Below are positions 45,626 to 55,626 of a stretch of DNA of 64,000 nucleotides, in pieces. Origin of the DNA: an uncultured Alistipes sp. (GTDB lineage Bacteria; Bacteroidota; Bacteroidia; Bacteroidales; Rikenellaceae). The notes below the pieces were generated by a model. That model had not been told where the DNA came from and did no database searches. It saw only the letters and a program-made list of their open reading frames with translations. How positions within the stretch are numbered: position 1 is the stretch's first letter; the number at the start of each line of letters is the position of its first letter. The stretch spans positions 1,526 through 65,525 of the forward strand of contig CAZFQU010000002.1 of assembly GCA_964521245.1 (NCBI GenBank), read 5' to 3'. A program made the translations under genes and the position numbers.

Positions 45626-46111
45626 ATGAAACCAAATTTCAGAATCGGATACGGTTATGATGTTCACGCCCTGAAGGAGGGGCTTAACCTATGGTTGGGA
45701 GGTGTAAAGATTGACCACTCAAAGGGTTGTGTTGCCCATTCGGACGGCGATGTGGCCATTCACGCTATTTGCGATGCACTGCTCGGAGCAGCTGCTTTGG
45801 GCGATATTGGCAAGTTGTTTCCCGACTCGAGTGACGAGTTTAAGGGTATAGACTCGAAGATTCTGCTCCGCAGAGTTGTTGAGCGGCTCCTTGAGAAGGG
45901 GTACAGAGTGGGAAATGTCGATTGCACAATTGCCATGCAGCGACCCAAACTTCGCCCCCACATCGATTTGATGCGCGAAAGACTTGCTGAGGTTATGGAT
46001 GCGGATGTTGATTGCGTATCGATAAAGGCTACCACCACCGAGCATCTTGGCTTCGAGGGTCGAGAGGAGGGGGTGTCGGCACACGCCGTAGCGTTGATTT
46101 ATAAGATGTAA
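45626..46111 (+). CDS. ispF: 2-C-methyl-D-erythritol 2,4-cyclodiphosphate synthase
   Basis: IGYGYDVH and HSDGDV motifs. About 161 aa from the ATG at 45626. Confidence 0.95.
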   Translation: MKPNFRIGYGYDVHALKEGLNLWLGGVKIDHSKGCVAHSDGDVAIHAICDALLGAAALGDIGKLFPDSSDEFKGIDSKILLRRVVERLLEKGYRVGNVDCTIAMQRPKLRPHIDLMRERLAEVMDADVDCVSIKATTTEHLGFEGREEGVSAHAVALIYKM

Positions 46112-46316
46112 AGGTGCTTATATCTGCATCTTAATTATGTTTATACAGACTCTGTCTTGACTTTACATAAGGATGGAAACGATGAGATCATCGAGGTAAA
46201 ATGGATTGATAACAAGACGATTATTCTTTACTTTAGAGGTGATTCAAATGGTCTCGTAGAAGATATGGTCTATACCTTGACCAAGATAAAATAGTTTCTA
46301 CTTTACAACATAGCAG

Positions 46317-46349
46317 AGGGGTGTCAGAATAACATAAACTGACACCCCT
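46317..46349. terminator. hairpin between convergent genes
   Basis: Perfect 11-bp stem AGGGGTGTCAG / CTGACACCCCT with an 11-nt loop. No clear T run on either side. Confidence 0.5.
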
Positions 46350-46368
46350 AATCGTTCTCTTTCAGCCA

Positions 46369-46923
46369 TTAGAGTTGTGTGATTGTTCCCGAATACTGAA
46401 CGGGATTATACCACGGATTGGTGATGGTGAGGGTTGCACCACCCATCTTGCTCGATATATCGAGCGTGAAGGTGTAGGTCGAGGCTGAGTAGAGCGAGGT
46501 TTGGAAGCGCACAATCCACCCCTCGGGGGTTTGCTCGGTGGTGTAGTTCTCGACCATCGGCACCGTATAGTTGATAACCGTCACGTAGTAGGGCGGAACA
46601 TAACCCTTGATATAGGGAATACAGACATCAACCGTACCATCCCAGATACCAACCTCGTAGTGGGGGTTGGTGATTATGCGCATCGACCCTGCCGGCTCCT
46701 GCTGCATAGTCTGTGGATTGAACGTAAAGTGGCGCGAGAGGACTAACGAATCGACAAACTTGGCATAGTCGTCCAGACGCTTTTGACGACGCTGTTCTCT
46801 GACTTCGCGCTTCTCGCTCTTAGCCGAATTTTTGGACTGCTGGGCATCACCATCGCTCACTATGGCAAACGTAACGATACCTACCATCAGCAGTGTGACG
46901 AGTGTAAATAGATACTTTTTCAT
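46369..46923 (-). CDS. DUF4251-like secreted or membrane-anchored protein
   Basis: 184 aa. N-terminal hydrophobic anchor, a basic linker, then a beta-rich domain. The family call is from memory. Confidence 0.55.
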   Translation of the reverse strand: MKKYLFTLVTLLMVGIVTFAIVSDGDAQQSKNSAKSEKREVREQRRQKRLDDYAKFVDSLVLSRHFTFNPQTMQQEPAGSMRIITNPHYEVGIWDGTVDVCIPYIKGYVPPYYVTVINYTVPMVENYTTEQTPEGWIVRFQTSLYSASTYTFTLDISSKMGGATLTITNPWYNPVQYSGTITQL

Positions 46924-46970
46924 AGGCTTGACGTTTTACTCACACCTACGAAAACAAGAATAGTACCAAG

Positions 46971-49790
46971 CTACTTCAACAGTGACTTCAAAAATTGTCC
47001 GGTATAGCTCTGAGGCACGGAGGCTATCTCGAGAGGAGTACCCGTTGCCACTACCCTACCGCCATCTTTTCCGCCCTCGGGACCTATATCGATTATATGG
47101 TCGGCAACCTTCACCACATCGAGGTTATGCTCGATGACGATGACCGTATTGCCCCTATCGACCAACTTATAGAGTACGTCGAGCAGCTGGCGTATATCCT
47201 CGAAATGCAGACCTGTCGTAGGTTCGTCGAGGATGTAAAGCGTACGACCCGTATCGCGCTTCGAGAGTTCCGAGGAGAGTTTTATGCGCTGACACTCGCC
47301 TCCCGAGAGGGTTGTGCAGGGTTGACCTAAAGTAAGGTAGCCCAAGCCCACATCCTGAATAGCCTTCAGCTTGAGATAGATGTTGGGGATATTCTCGAAG
47401 AACTCGACAGCCATATTGACCGTCATATTCAGCACATCGTTGATGCTCTTGCCCTTATACTTGACCTCGAGGGTCTCCTTGTTGTAGCGATTACCGCCAC
47501 ACGTCTTACAACGCACATATACGTCGGGCAGGAAGTTCATCTCGATAGTCTGCACACCTGCACCGCGACACTCCTCACACCTACCGCCCTTGACGTTGAA
47601 TGAGAATCTGCCCGCCTTGAAGCCACGTATTTGAGCATCGGGGGTCAGCTCAAAGAGCTTTCTGATATCGGTAAAGACATTTGAGTAGGTTGCCGGATTA
47701 CTACGCGGGGTGCGACCTATGGGCGACTGGTCAACCACCACCAGTTTATCGATATGCTCCACACCCACAATCGAGGTGTAGGGCAATGGTTGGTCGAGCG
47801 AACGATAGAGCAGACGGCTCAATATCGGACGCAGAGTGCCATTCACGAGCGACGACTTACCCGAGCCACTCACTCCCGTAACACAAATGAGTTTGCCCAA
47901 CGGGAACTCCACATCCACACCCTTGAGGTTATTACCGCAGGCACCTGAGAGGATTATACTCTCGCCACTACCCTCTCTGATGGCTGACGGAAGCTCTATA
48001 CGTCGTCTGCCCGTAAGGTAGTCGGCGGTTATGGTGTTGGATGCCACTATATGGTCAAAGGTTCCCGCAGCCACAATATTTCCGCCCCTGCGACCCGCCA
48101 ACGGACCCACATCGACAATGTAGTCTGCCGAGCGCATCATATCCTCGTCGTGTTCGACCACAATGACCGAGTTACCCGCATCGCGCAAGGCTCTGAGGCT
48201 CTGTATAAGGCGACGATTATCCCTCTGATGCAGACCTATCGATGGCTCGTCGAGGATGTAGAGAACGTTAACGAGCTTCGAACCAATCTGCGTTGCGAGT
48301 CTTATTCGCTGGCTCTCACCGCCCGAAAGCGTACGCGACGAGCGACTAAGCGAGAGATAACCCAAGCCCACATCCACAAGGAACTTGACCCTTTCGCTAA
48401 TCTCCTTGATTATCTCGTGAGCTATCTTGCGCTCCTTGTCGGTCATCTCTGCCTCGACGGAGGCTATCCACTGCTGAAATTCGATTATCGAGAGTGCCGA
48501 CACCTCGGCAATATTTTTATCTGCCACTCTGAATTGCAGCGACTCCTTCTTCAGACGCGACCCTCCACACACCGAGCAGGGCTTATAGACCAGAAATTGT
48601 CCGCGCCACTTCTGTCCCTTCTTCGAATCCTCATCGTCGAAGCGCAGGATATACTCTGCCACACCCTCCCACGAGTATAGCTCCACACCCGACGAGTAGC
48701 TGAAGTCGGCGTGGTTGATGGTCACAGGCTCCGCATCGCCATAGAGTATGGCGTTGAGGGCTGCCTCCGAGAGACTTTCAACGGGGTCGTCGAGCGTGAA
48801 GTCGTAGCGTCTGCCCAACTGCTCTAAGACGGCAAAGAGCATATTGCCTCGACCCTTGCCCAAAGGCTCCACGGCACCCTCTCTGAGCGAGAGCTTAGGA
48901 TTGGGGATGAGCTTCTGCATATCAAATACTGCCTCCTCACCCAGACCGTTGCAGTGGGGGCATGCACCCTTTGGCGAGTTGAACGAGAAGGTGTGGGGTG
49001 CAGGGTCCTCGAAGGCTACACCCGTTGTGGGACACATAAGGTGGCGCGAGTAGTAGCGCACACCCTCCGAGCCGTAGTCGTAGATAGACATCGTACCCTT
49101 GCCCTGACGCATCGACTCCTTGAGCGAGGTCATCACCCTCTCGCGAGACTCCTCGCCGGGTATTAGGCGGTCAACCACAAGGTCGATGGTGTGTATCTTA
49201 TAGCGGTCGAGCTTCAACCCCGAGCCAAGTTCGCGAATCTCGCCATCCACTCGGGCATAGATATAGCCCTTCTTTGACAGGCTCTCGAAGAGTTCGCGAT
49301 AGTGACCCTTTCTGCCCTGCACGATGGGCGCAAGCATAGCTACCCGTCTGCCACCAAACCCTTCGATTATAAGGTCGCATATCTGCTCGTCGGAGTAGTG
49401 AACCATCCTCTCACCCGTTATGGGCGAGTAGGCACGCGAGGCTCGGGCATAGAGCAGACGCAGAAAGTCGCTAAGCTCGGTCACAGTACCCACCGTCGAG
49501 CGTGGATTCTTGTTTGTGGTCTTTTGCTCGATAGCCACCACAGGACTCAGACCCGTAATCTTATCTACGTCGGGTCGCTCCATCGCCCCCACGAACTGTC
49601 GTGCATAGGTCGAAATAGTCTCCATATATCGCCTCTGACCCTCGGCATAGATGGTGTCGAAAGCCAGCGACGACTTACCCGAACCCGACAAGCCCGTTAT
49701 GACCACCAACTCATTGCGCGGAATCTCCAGCTCAACATTTTTCAGGTTGTGAACCCTTGCACCTATTATGTGAATTTTATCCTCTCTCAT
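46971..49790 (-). CDS. uvrA: excinuclease ABC subunit A
   Basis: 939 aa. Two Walker A motifs ([18 protein letters not shown]) and Zn-finger Cys clusters. Confidence 0.97.
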   Translation of the reverse strand: MREDKIHIIGARVHNLKNVELEIPRNELVVITGLSGSGKSSLAFDTIYAEGQRRYMETISTYARQFVGAMERPDVDKITGLSPVVAIEQKTTNKNPRSTVGTVTELSDFLRLLYARASRAYSPITGERMVHYSDEQICDLIIEGFGGRRVAMLAPIVQGRKGHYRELFESLSKKGYIYARVDGEIRELGSGLKLDRYKIHTIDLVVDRLIPGEESRERVMTSLKESMRQGKGTMSIYDYGSEGVRYYSRHLMCPTTGVAFEDPAPHTFSFNSPKGACPHCNGLGEEAVFDMQKLIPNPKLSLREGAVEPLGKGRGNMLFAVLEQLGRRYDFTLDDPVESLSEAALNAILYGDAEPVTINHADFSYSSGVELYSWEGVAEYILRFDDEDSKKGQKWRGQFLVYKPCSVCGGSRLKKESLQFRVADKNIAEVSALSIIEFQQWIASVEAEMTDKERKIAHEIIKEISERVKFLVDVGLGYLSLSRSSRTLSGGESQRIRLATQIGSKLVNVLYILDEPSIGLHQRDNRRLIQSLRALRDAGNSVIVVEHDEDMMRSADYIVDVGPLAGRRGGNIVAAGTFDHIVASNTITADYLTGRRRIELPSAIREGSGESIILSGACGNNLKGVDVEFPLGKLICVTGVSGSGKSSLVNGTLRPILSRLLYRSLDQPLPYTSIVGVEHIDKLVVVDQSPIGRTPRSNPATYSNVFTDIRKLFELTPDAQIRGFKAGRFSFNVKGGRCEECRGAGVQTIEMNFLPDVYVRCKTCGGNRYNKETLEVKYKGKSINDVLNMTVNMAVEFFENIPNIYLKLKAIQDVGLGYLTLGQPCTTLSGGECQRIKLSSELSKRDTGRTLYILDEPTTGLHFEDIRQLLDVLYKLVDRGNTVIVIEHNLDVVKVADHIIDIGPEGGKDGGRVVATGTPLEIASVPQSYTGQFLKSLLK

Positions 49791-49965
49791 CGCTACAACA
49801 ATTCAAGCCCGTAAAGATACAAAGAAAATGCGAAAAAGGAAAAGTCGAGTCTAAACAAATCTTTCTGCCGAGGTTTGTTTCATGTTGCGTTGCACGAAAA
49901 CCCTATGTTTTGATGAAACGAAACATGCAACAAAATACTTAGGGGACAAGCTACAAATTAGTTAC

Positions 49966-50766
49966 TCAGTTCATCCAGCCGAGCAGAGTATTGACTCCGT
50001 CTGCCATCGAGAGCCAACCCACAAGGTCCAACAAGCAGACAATAACAACACCGATGGTAAAGAGTCTGACAAACCTCACGCCCCAACCTATGGCATAGTG
50101 CGAGGCGAGGACTGCACCGATAATGTTGCCCAAGCCGTGGAGCAGACCATAGGCGTAGTGTACCTGACCATTGAGCATAAAGACCACGAGCGAAAAGGGA
50201 CTCGACACAAAGATTACGAAGCCCTTGAGGATGTTGGCAGTGATAATATCGAGCTTAAGACTCCAGATGGTCACAGCAAGCACCACATAGCCCAAACCGA
50301 TATAGATATAACCTCCGTAGAAGCCTATGAGCAGAAACCACACATAGTGCCAGAAATTGAGCCTAAGAGAGTGACCACCATTGACCCTGCTGCGATGGCG
50401 GTCGAAAATCATATAGACAAGGATGACTGCGAGTACCACACCCATACAGATTTTGAAGGTCTGGTCGCTAATATGGGTGGCAAGCATCGAGCCTAAGATG
50501 TTGCCCACAACAGTCGGTATGGAGAGCAACAATCCCGCCTTCACGTCGAGCATTCCCTTGCGGATGAAGGTGAGCGAGGCGGTGAGGTTTTGAAGTACGA
50601 CAGCTATGCGGTTGGTGCCGTTGGCAACTGTGATGGGCAGCCCCATAGCCGTAAAGATTGACATCGAAAGTATGGTTCCGCCACCGGCAAGCGTGTTGAT
50701 GATTCCGACAATGATGCCGGAACCTATCAACAGCGTTATTACTTGCCAAGTAAGCTCCATAGTCAC
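49966..50766 (-). CDS. TauE/SafE (TSUP) family anion exporter
   Basis: 266 aa with about 8 TM segments and two internal repeats containing G-rich helices. Confidence 0.75.
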   Translation of the reverse strand: MTMELTWQVITLLIGSGIIVGIINTLAGGGTILSMSIFTAMGLPITVANGTNRIAVVLQNLTASLTFIRKGMLDVKAGLLLSIPTVVGNILGSMLATHISDQTFKICMGVVLAVILVYMIFDRHRSRVNGGHSLRLNFWHYVWFLLIGFYGGYIYIGLGYVVLAVTIWSLKLDIITANILKGFVIFVSSPFSLVVFMLNGQVHYAYGLLHGLGNIIGAVLASHYAIGWGVRFVRLFTIGVVIVCLLDLVGWLSMADGVNTLLGWMN

Positions 50767-50791
50767 TTTTATTTAACTCACTAATAGAGCG

Positions 50792-51553
50792 TTAGACCTT
50801 AAGGCAGAAGTCGTCGGCATCCTTCCACGCGGGGAAAGCGTCGCGGAATCGAGCCTGAGCCTTCATATCAAGCTCGGCAACGAGGATAGCCTCTTCGTCG
50901 GCAACCTCCTTGAGTATGCGACCTCTGAAGTCGATAATCTGCGAATCGCCGGCATAGTGCGAGGCGGGGTCGTCGCCCACACGGTTGACACCAAACACAT
51001 AAGCCTGATTCTCCACGGCGCGCGCACGGAGCAGAATCTTCCAAGGCTCGCGACGGTCGGCAGCCCACGATGCACAATAGAGGATGGCATCATAGTCGCC
51101 ACGGTTACGGCTCCAAACGGGAAAGCGCAAATCGTAGCAGATGAGCAGGAGGAATCTTACGCCCATATACTCCACAATCACACGCTCCTTGCCGGGGGTG
51201 TAGTCACGACCCTCACCGCCCGGGCGGAAAAGGTGACGCTTGTCGTACCACGTCATCCAGCCATCGGGCTTGATGAAGAACATACGATTGCGGAACTTGC
51301 CCTCGTCGTCAACGATAACTATGCTGCCCACAACAGCCTTGTTGTACTTCGCAGCCCAACCCTTCATAGCAGCGATGGTGGGACCATTCATAGGCTCGGC
51401 AACTGCCGAAGCTCGGAGCTTGAAGCCCGTGGAGAACATCTCGGGCAGAAGCACAAGGTCGGCATCAGCCTTAGCGATAAACTCCTCGACAACGGGAAGA
51501 TTGCTCTCGGCACTCTCCCACTGCATATCGTACTGACAAATTGCTACTTTCAT
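50792..51553 (-). CDS. carbon-nitrogen hydrolase (nitrilase superfamily, omega-amidase/YafV-like)
   Basis: 253 aa. E-K-C triad contexts LPEMF, YDKRHLF and LLICYDLRFP. Confidence 0.85.
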   Translation of the reverse strand: MKVAICQYDMQWESAESNLPVVEEFIAKADADLVLLPEMFSTGFKLRASAVAEPMNGPTIAAMKGWAAKYNKAVVGSIVIVDDEGKFRNRMFFIKPDGWMTWYDKRHLFRPGGEGRDYTPGKERVIVEYMGVRFLLLICYDLRFPVWSRNRGDYDAILYCASWAADRREPWKILLRARAVENQAYVFGVNRVGDDPASHYAGDSQIIDFRGRILKEVADEEAILVAELDMKAQARFRDAFPAWKDADDFCLKV

Positions 51554-51603
51554 TTTATCAAAATTTTAGGTTCGGTTATAACTTATTCATAAGGTTTAGC
51601 TTA

Positions 51604-51611
51604 CAAATATA
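51604..51611 (-). promoter_or_regulatory. -7 box TATATTTG for the amidase-TauE pair
   Basis: Exact TAnnTTTG on the minus strand, about 51 nt upstream of the ATG at 51553. Confidence 0.4.
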
Positions 51612-51643
51612 AGAAAATTTTTCTAAGTTTGATGGCTTTTGCT

Positions 51644-51651
51644 TACCTTTG
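51644..51651 (+). promoter_or_regulatory. -7 box TACCTTTG for the S1-domain gene
   Basis: Exact TAnnTTTG 43 nt upstream of the ATG at 51694. Confidence 0.4.
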
Positions 51652-51693
51652 CCCCAAAATATAGAGTTATTTACCCAAAATAGATATAAAATT

Positions 51694-52536
51694 ATGCTCA
51701 GAGCAGGTCGCAAATACACACTCTCGGTCAGTCGCATATCGGACTACGGAATCTATCTTAGCGACTCGGAGCAGCAGGAGGTGTTGCTGCCCAACAGATA
51801 TGTATCGCTCGCAAACAAGGTGGGCGACCAAATCGAAGTCTTTGTCTATCACGACTCGGAGGACCGCTTGGTGGCTACAACCGAGGAGCCTCTGCTCAAG
51901 GTGGGCGAAGCGGGATTTTTGGAGGTTGTCGATAAGACCGTTCACGGAGCATTTCTCGGATGGGGTCTGCACGGCAAGGACCTCTTTCTGCCCAACCGCA
52001 ATCAGCAGGGAGGCGTAACCCCCTCGCGCCCCGTATTGATCTATCTCTACGAGGACAACATCACGGGCAGATGTGTTGCCACCACCAAGCTCAAGCAGTA
52101 TATCCACAACGACGGCGACATTACCGTAAAGGTGGGCGAGGAGGTTGACTGTCTGGTAGCATCGCAGAGCGATATAGGTTGGCGAGTGATTATCAACAAT
52201 CGCCACTGGGGTATGCTCTATCGCAACCAGCTCTTCCGCACAATCAAGCTCGGCGACCGTCTCAAGGGCTACGTCCACAAAATAACCGAAGACAAGCGTA
52301 TCGACGTAAGTCTCCAGCAAAGAGGTTACAAAGAGGTGAAGAATGCCTCCGAGAAGCTGCGCGAGATTATCAAGAACAACGGCGGATTCATCCCCTTGAA
52401 TGATAGCTCCTCGCCCGAGGAGGTGGCACGTATGACCTCGATGAGCAAGAAGGTATTTAAGCGCGCCCTTGGCGTGCTGCTCAAGGCAGGCGAGATTGAG
52501 TTTATCCACGACGGCACAAAACTCATAAAGCGATGA
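51694..52536 (+). CDS. S1-like RNA-binding protein (CvfB/YitL family)
   Basis: Repeated S1-like segments (GIYLSD...EVLLPNRYV, GAFLGWGLHGKDLFLP) and a C-terminal winged-helix-like tail. ATG at 51694 preferred over the TTG at 51649. Confidence 0.75.
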   Translation: MLRAGRKYTLSVSRISDYGIYLSDSEQQEVLLPNRYVSLANKVGDQIEVFVYHDSEDRLVATTEEPLLKVGEAGFLEVVDKTVHGAFLGWGLHGKDLFLPNRNQQGGVTPSRPVLIYLYEDNITGRCVATTKLKQYIHNDGDITVKVGEEVDCLVASQSDIGWRVIINNRHWGMLYRNQLFRTIKLGDRLKGYVHKITEDKRIDVSLQQRGYKEVKNASEKLREIIKNNGGFIPLNDSSSPEEVARMTSMSKKVFKRALGVLLKAGEIEFIHDGTKLIKR

Positions 52537-53297
52537 GCAAACGCATTATAACTGCCGAGAGAGTCTCGCGCGATGAGTCGGACAACTTTGTCTTTCAACG
52601 CTCGATTTTGGCTTATTATGAGGCTTCACAGCTCATCTATGGCGACGTGTTGGAGATTGGCACCGGCTCGGGCTACGGCATCGAGATTGTAGCTCCCCAC
52701 GCCCAACACTTTACAACCATCGACAAACACCAAGCCGAGGGACTTTCTTTGCCCCCCAACAGCGAGTTTGTGGAGGCTACGGTACCCCCTCTACCCTTCG
52801 ACTCCGAGTCCTTAGACTGCGTCATATCGTTTCAGGTCATCGAGCATATAAAGCGCGATAGGGAGTTGGTCAAGGAGGTGCATCGAGTTCTCCGCCCGGG
52901 TGGAAAGTTTATCGTTTCGACTCCAAATAAGTCGATGTCCCTGACCCGCAATCCGTGGCACGTGAGGGAGTACACCCCCGACGAGTTTACCCTGCTTCTG
53001 AGCGACGACTTCAGCTCAGTGAAGGCTATGGGTGTCGAGGGCAACGAGCGAGTGATGGAGTACTATGAGAAGAACCGCGAGAGTGTTAGGCGCATAACCC
53101 GTTTCGACGTTTTCAACCTGCAATATCTGTTGCCTCGTCAGCTGCTGCAAATACCCTACGACCTGCTCAACCGACTCAATCGTCGTCGTCTGCTCAAGGA
53201 GAACAACGACCTCACACGCTCAATCAAGATGGAGGATTATAGGCTCACTCAGGTCCATAGTCGCTGTTTCGACCTGTTCTACGTAGCCACCAAGTAG
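52533..53297 (+). CDS. class I SAM-dependent methyltransferase
   Basis: Motif I VLEIGTGSGYG. Overlaps the preceding stop by 4 nt (ATGA). Confidence 0.8.
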   Translation: MSKRIITAERVSRDESDNFVFQRSILAYYEASQLIYGDVLEIGTGSGYGIEIVAPHAQHFTTIDKHQAEGLSLPPNSEFVEATVPPLPFDSESLDCVISFQVIEHIKRDRELVKEVHRVLRPGGKFIVSTPNKSMSLTRNPWHVREYTPDEFTLLLSDDFSSVKAMGVEGNERVMEYYEKNRESVRRITRFDVFNLQYLLPRQLLQIPYDLLNRLNRRRLLKENNDLTRSIKMEDYRLTQVHSRCFDLFYVATK

Positions 53298-53372
53298 GCT
53301 GATTGTTAGAGCAAAGAGTTCTCTTGCCACCTAAATTACCCCATACGAGGTATATCGTAAGGTTTTTTTAAG

Positions 53373-53380
53373 TATATTTG
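53373..53380 (+). promoter_or_regulatory. -7 box TATATTTG for tRNA-Gly
   Basis: Exact TAnnTTTG 22 nt upstream of the tRNA 5' end. Confidence 0.45.
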
Positions 53381-53402
53381 CAGTCGATTCTCAAGGATAG
53401 TT

Positions 53403-53474
53403 GCGGGTGTAGCTCAGCGGTAGAGCATCGGCTTCCCAAGCCGAGGGTCACGGGTTCGAACCCCGCCACCCGCT
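53403..53474 (+). tRNA. tRNA-Gly: tRNA-Gly (anticodon CCC)
   Basis: Hand-folded cloverleaf. Acceptor GCGGGTG/CACCCGC, D arm GCTC-AGCGGTA-GAGC, anticodon arm TCGGC-TTCCCAA-GCCGA (CCC at 53435-53437), T arm with TTCGAAC loop. CCA is not encoded. Confidence 0.85.
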
Positions 53475-53486
53475 CAAAACAGAAAA

Positions 53487-53519
53487 AGGACCTGCCTAAA
53501 AGCTTATTAGACAGGTCCT
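53487..53519. terminator. terminator module copy C (after tRNA-Gly on + and the antiporter gene on -)
   Basis: AGGACCTGCCT-aaaagcttatt-AGACAGGTCCT. The minus strand continues with TTTTTCTGTTTT. The conserved flank CAGAAGTTGTAT follows at 53528-53539. Confidence 0.7.
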
Positions 53520-53548
53520 CATTTTGTCAGAAGTTGTATCAGATATTC

Positions 53549-55051
53549 TTAGCTGAACTGTACGTCGTCAAGCCCCATATCCTCATAAGTTGACCTGAGT
53601 TCATCCTCGCGGTCGGAAATAACCAACAGCTTGTCGCCATTGAGGAGTTCGGTCTTACCTTGGGGTACGAAGTAGTCGCCATCACGACACACCATCACAA
53701 CAAGTGTATTGTCGGGCAGAGTAATATCGCGCAACGTAGTACCCTTCTCGAGCATCGATTTGTTGACCACAACCTCAGATATAGCAGAGTTTATACTGTC
53801 GTGCATCTTGATATTGAATGCAGCCTCACGCTCCTTGAATGCCAAGCCAAGCAGGTTAGCCACACCACTTACGGTTGTTCCCTGTACCAACAACGAGAGA
53901 ATGGTTATCAGATAGACGATGTTGAACATCAGTCGAGCCGACTCCTCGGGTACGCCATTGAGCATCGGATAGGTGGCAAAGATGATAGGTACGGCACCTC
54001 TAAGACCCACCCACGAGACATAGAGCCTTGCCTTACGGCTGAAGTTGCGGAACGGACTCAGACAGAGCAACACGGCTGCAGGTCGAGCCACGAACATCAT
54101 AAATGCACCTATGAGCAATCCGGGAATCAACACCTGAGGTTCGATAAGCTCCAAGGGGTTGACCACCAAGCCGAGCGTAAGGAACATCACAATCTGCAAC
54201 AGCCACTGAAAACCATCGAAGAAGTTGGTCATCTCGCCCTTATGCTCCAACTTAAGGTTACCTACCACCAAGCCCGAGATATAGACTGCCAAGTAGCCGT
54301 TACCGTGGACCAAAGCCGTAAACGAGAAGGAGAGGAAGGCAAAAGCGAGCAGCAAGACGGGATAGAGAGCCTTGTTCGATATGTTTATGCGGTTGATTGT
54401 AAAGACGGTCAGCCTACCAATCAGATAACCCGAAACCGTACCCATAATCATCTCGACAACAAACATCACCAATCCGGAGCCGACGGATGTGGAGCCTCCA
54501 CCTTGCGTAACAACGCTGATGAGGAGTACGGTCAGCATATAAGCCACCGGGTCGTTAGAACCACTCTCAAGCTCGAGCAGGGGTCTGAGGTTCTGCTGCA
54601 AGCCCTGTTTCTTAGTTCTCAGAATCGAGAATACCGATGCCGAGTCGGTCGATGCCATCATCGAAGCGAGGAGCAGAGCTACGGCGAAAGGTATCTCGGC
54701 ACCAAAGAGGGGCATAATAGCATAGGTGAAGCCCGCAACACAGAGAGCCGTCAACACCACTCCCACCGTCGCAAGCACCACTCCCGGGGCAAGGATGGGT
54801 CTGATTTGCGAGAACTTGGTCTCCATACCACCCGTAAAGAGGATGATACAGAGGGCAATCATTCCCACAAACTGAGTAGCCTCGAAGGAGTTGAACGATA
54901 TGATATTAAAGCCACTGAATGCCATACCTACGCCCAAAAACAAGAGAAGCGATGGCGCACCCAGACGATAGGCTGCCTTACCGGCAAGCACTGCGACGAA
55001 GAGCAGAATAGCTGCAACAAATACAAAATTTTCAGTTCCTATCTCAATCAT
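53549..55051 (-). CDS. CPA1-family K+(Na+)/H+ antiporter with C-terminal TrkA-C/RCK domain (NhaP2-like)
   Basis: 500 aa with about 12 TM segments, then a soluble ...LPDNTLVVMVCRDGDYFVPQGKTELLNGDKLLVIS domain. Confidence 0.85.
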   Translation of the reverse strand: MIEIGTENFVFVAAILLFVAVLAGKAAYRLGAPSLLLFLGVGMAFSGFNIISFNSFEATQFVGMIALCIILFTGGMETKFSQIRPILAPGVVLATVGVVLTALCVAGFTYAIMPLFGAEIPFAVALLLASMMASTDSASVFSILRTKKQGLQQNLRPLLELESGSNDPVAYMLTVLLISVVTQGGGSTSVGSGLVMFVVEMIMGTVSGYLIGRLTVFTINRINISNKALYPVLLLAFAFLSFSFTALVHGNGYLAVYISGLVVGNLKLEHKGEMTNFFDGFQWLLQIVMFLTLGLVVNPLELIEPQVLIPGLLIGAFMMFVARPAAVLLCLSPFRNFSRKARLYVSWVGLRGAVPIIFATYPMLNGVPEESARLMFNIVYLITILSLLVQGTTVSGVANLLGLAFKEREAAFNIKMHDSINSAISEVVVNKSMLEKGTTLRDITLPDNTLVVMVCRDGDYFVPQGKTELLNGDKLLVISDREDELRSTYEDMGLDDVQFS

Positions 55052-55125
55052 ATTTTTAGTTATTTCGGTTGTTTAGTACTTTAAGGCAGTTAGGTTTACC
55101 CCACTCTTCGGGCAGCAACTTTCTG

Positions 55126-55626
55126 CTATTTTCTGCAAAACTTCAACTCCTCCAACGGGCGGTATTCCAAATCGACATATTCGAAGGATTGATACGCCCA
55201 CCACCTGTCGTCGGCAGCAGTATAGAGAGCCACAATGATAGCTGCGCCCGAGGTTTGGCTCAGGCTCTTAAGTCCCATCACGTCGCCCTTTTGGCAACAG
55301 TAATGCACCTTGCTGAGCTGCTCACGCTGAAAGTTAAGCTCCAAAGGCTTAAGGTAGCAACCCGTCTTCAGGTCGTAGGGCATACCCTCCGAATCGAAAC
55401 TTCGTAGCGCAGTGACTATGCCACCCACAAACACACAACTCCAACCAAGGAGCAGAAGCCCAATCTTCAAACTCTCAGCCTCGGGGTTGAGCCATAGTGT
55501 AGTGGCAACCAGCACAACGATTCCGGCAATCGAAAGCGCAATGGGACCAAGCACAGGTCGGCGACGTTTAACAATCTCGTTATTTGAAAGAGCGCACAAT
55601 TGGCTGCCCATAATATTTTTGTCCAT
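55126..55626 (-). CDS. hypothetical membrane protein (2 TM segments)
   Basis: 166 aa. Two adjacent hydrophobic helices followed by a Cys/Trp-containing soluble domain. I recognise no family. Confidence 0.55.
   Translation of the reverse strand: MDKNIMGSQLCALSNNEIVKRRRPVLGPIALSIAGIVVLVATTLWLNPEAESLKIGLLLLGWSCVFVGGIVTALRSFDSEGMPYDLKTGCYLKPLELNFQREQLSKVHYCCQKGDVMGLKSLSQTSGAAIIVALYTAADDRWWAYQSFEYVDLEYRPLEELKFCRK

Noticed and set aside
49868-49925. Imperfect long hairpin (GGTTTGTTTCAT ... ATGAAACGAAAC, about 10 bp with a wobble and a 29-nt loop) downstream of the TauE gene, as a structured RNA.
   Set aside because: The stem is weak with a large loop, and there is no second copy and no conservation evidence. 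It is most simply a poor terminator or chance complementarity in an AT-rich spacer.
53378-53593. 71-aa ORF overlapping tRNA-Gly, and the tRNA as an integration site of a mobile element.
   Set aside because: The ORF is explained by the tRNA and terminator sequence. No integrase, no direct repeat of the tRNA 3' end, and no compositionally foreign block follows. The next gene is a host-like antiporter on the opposite strand.
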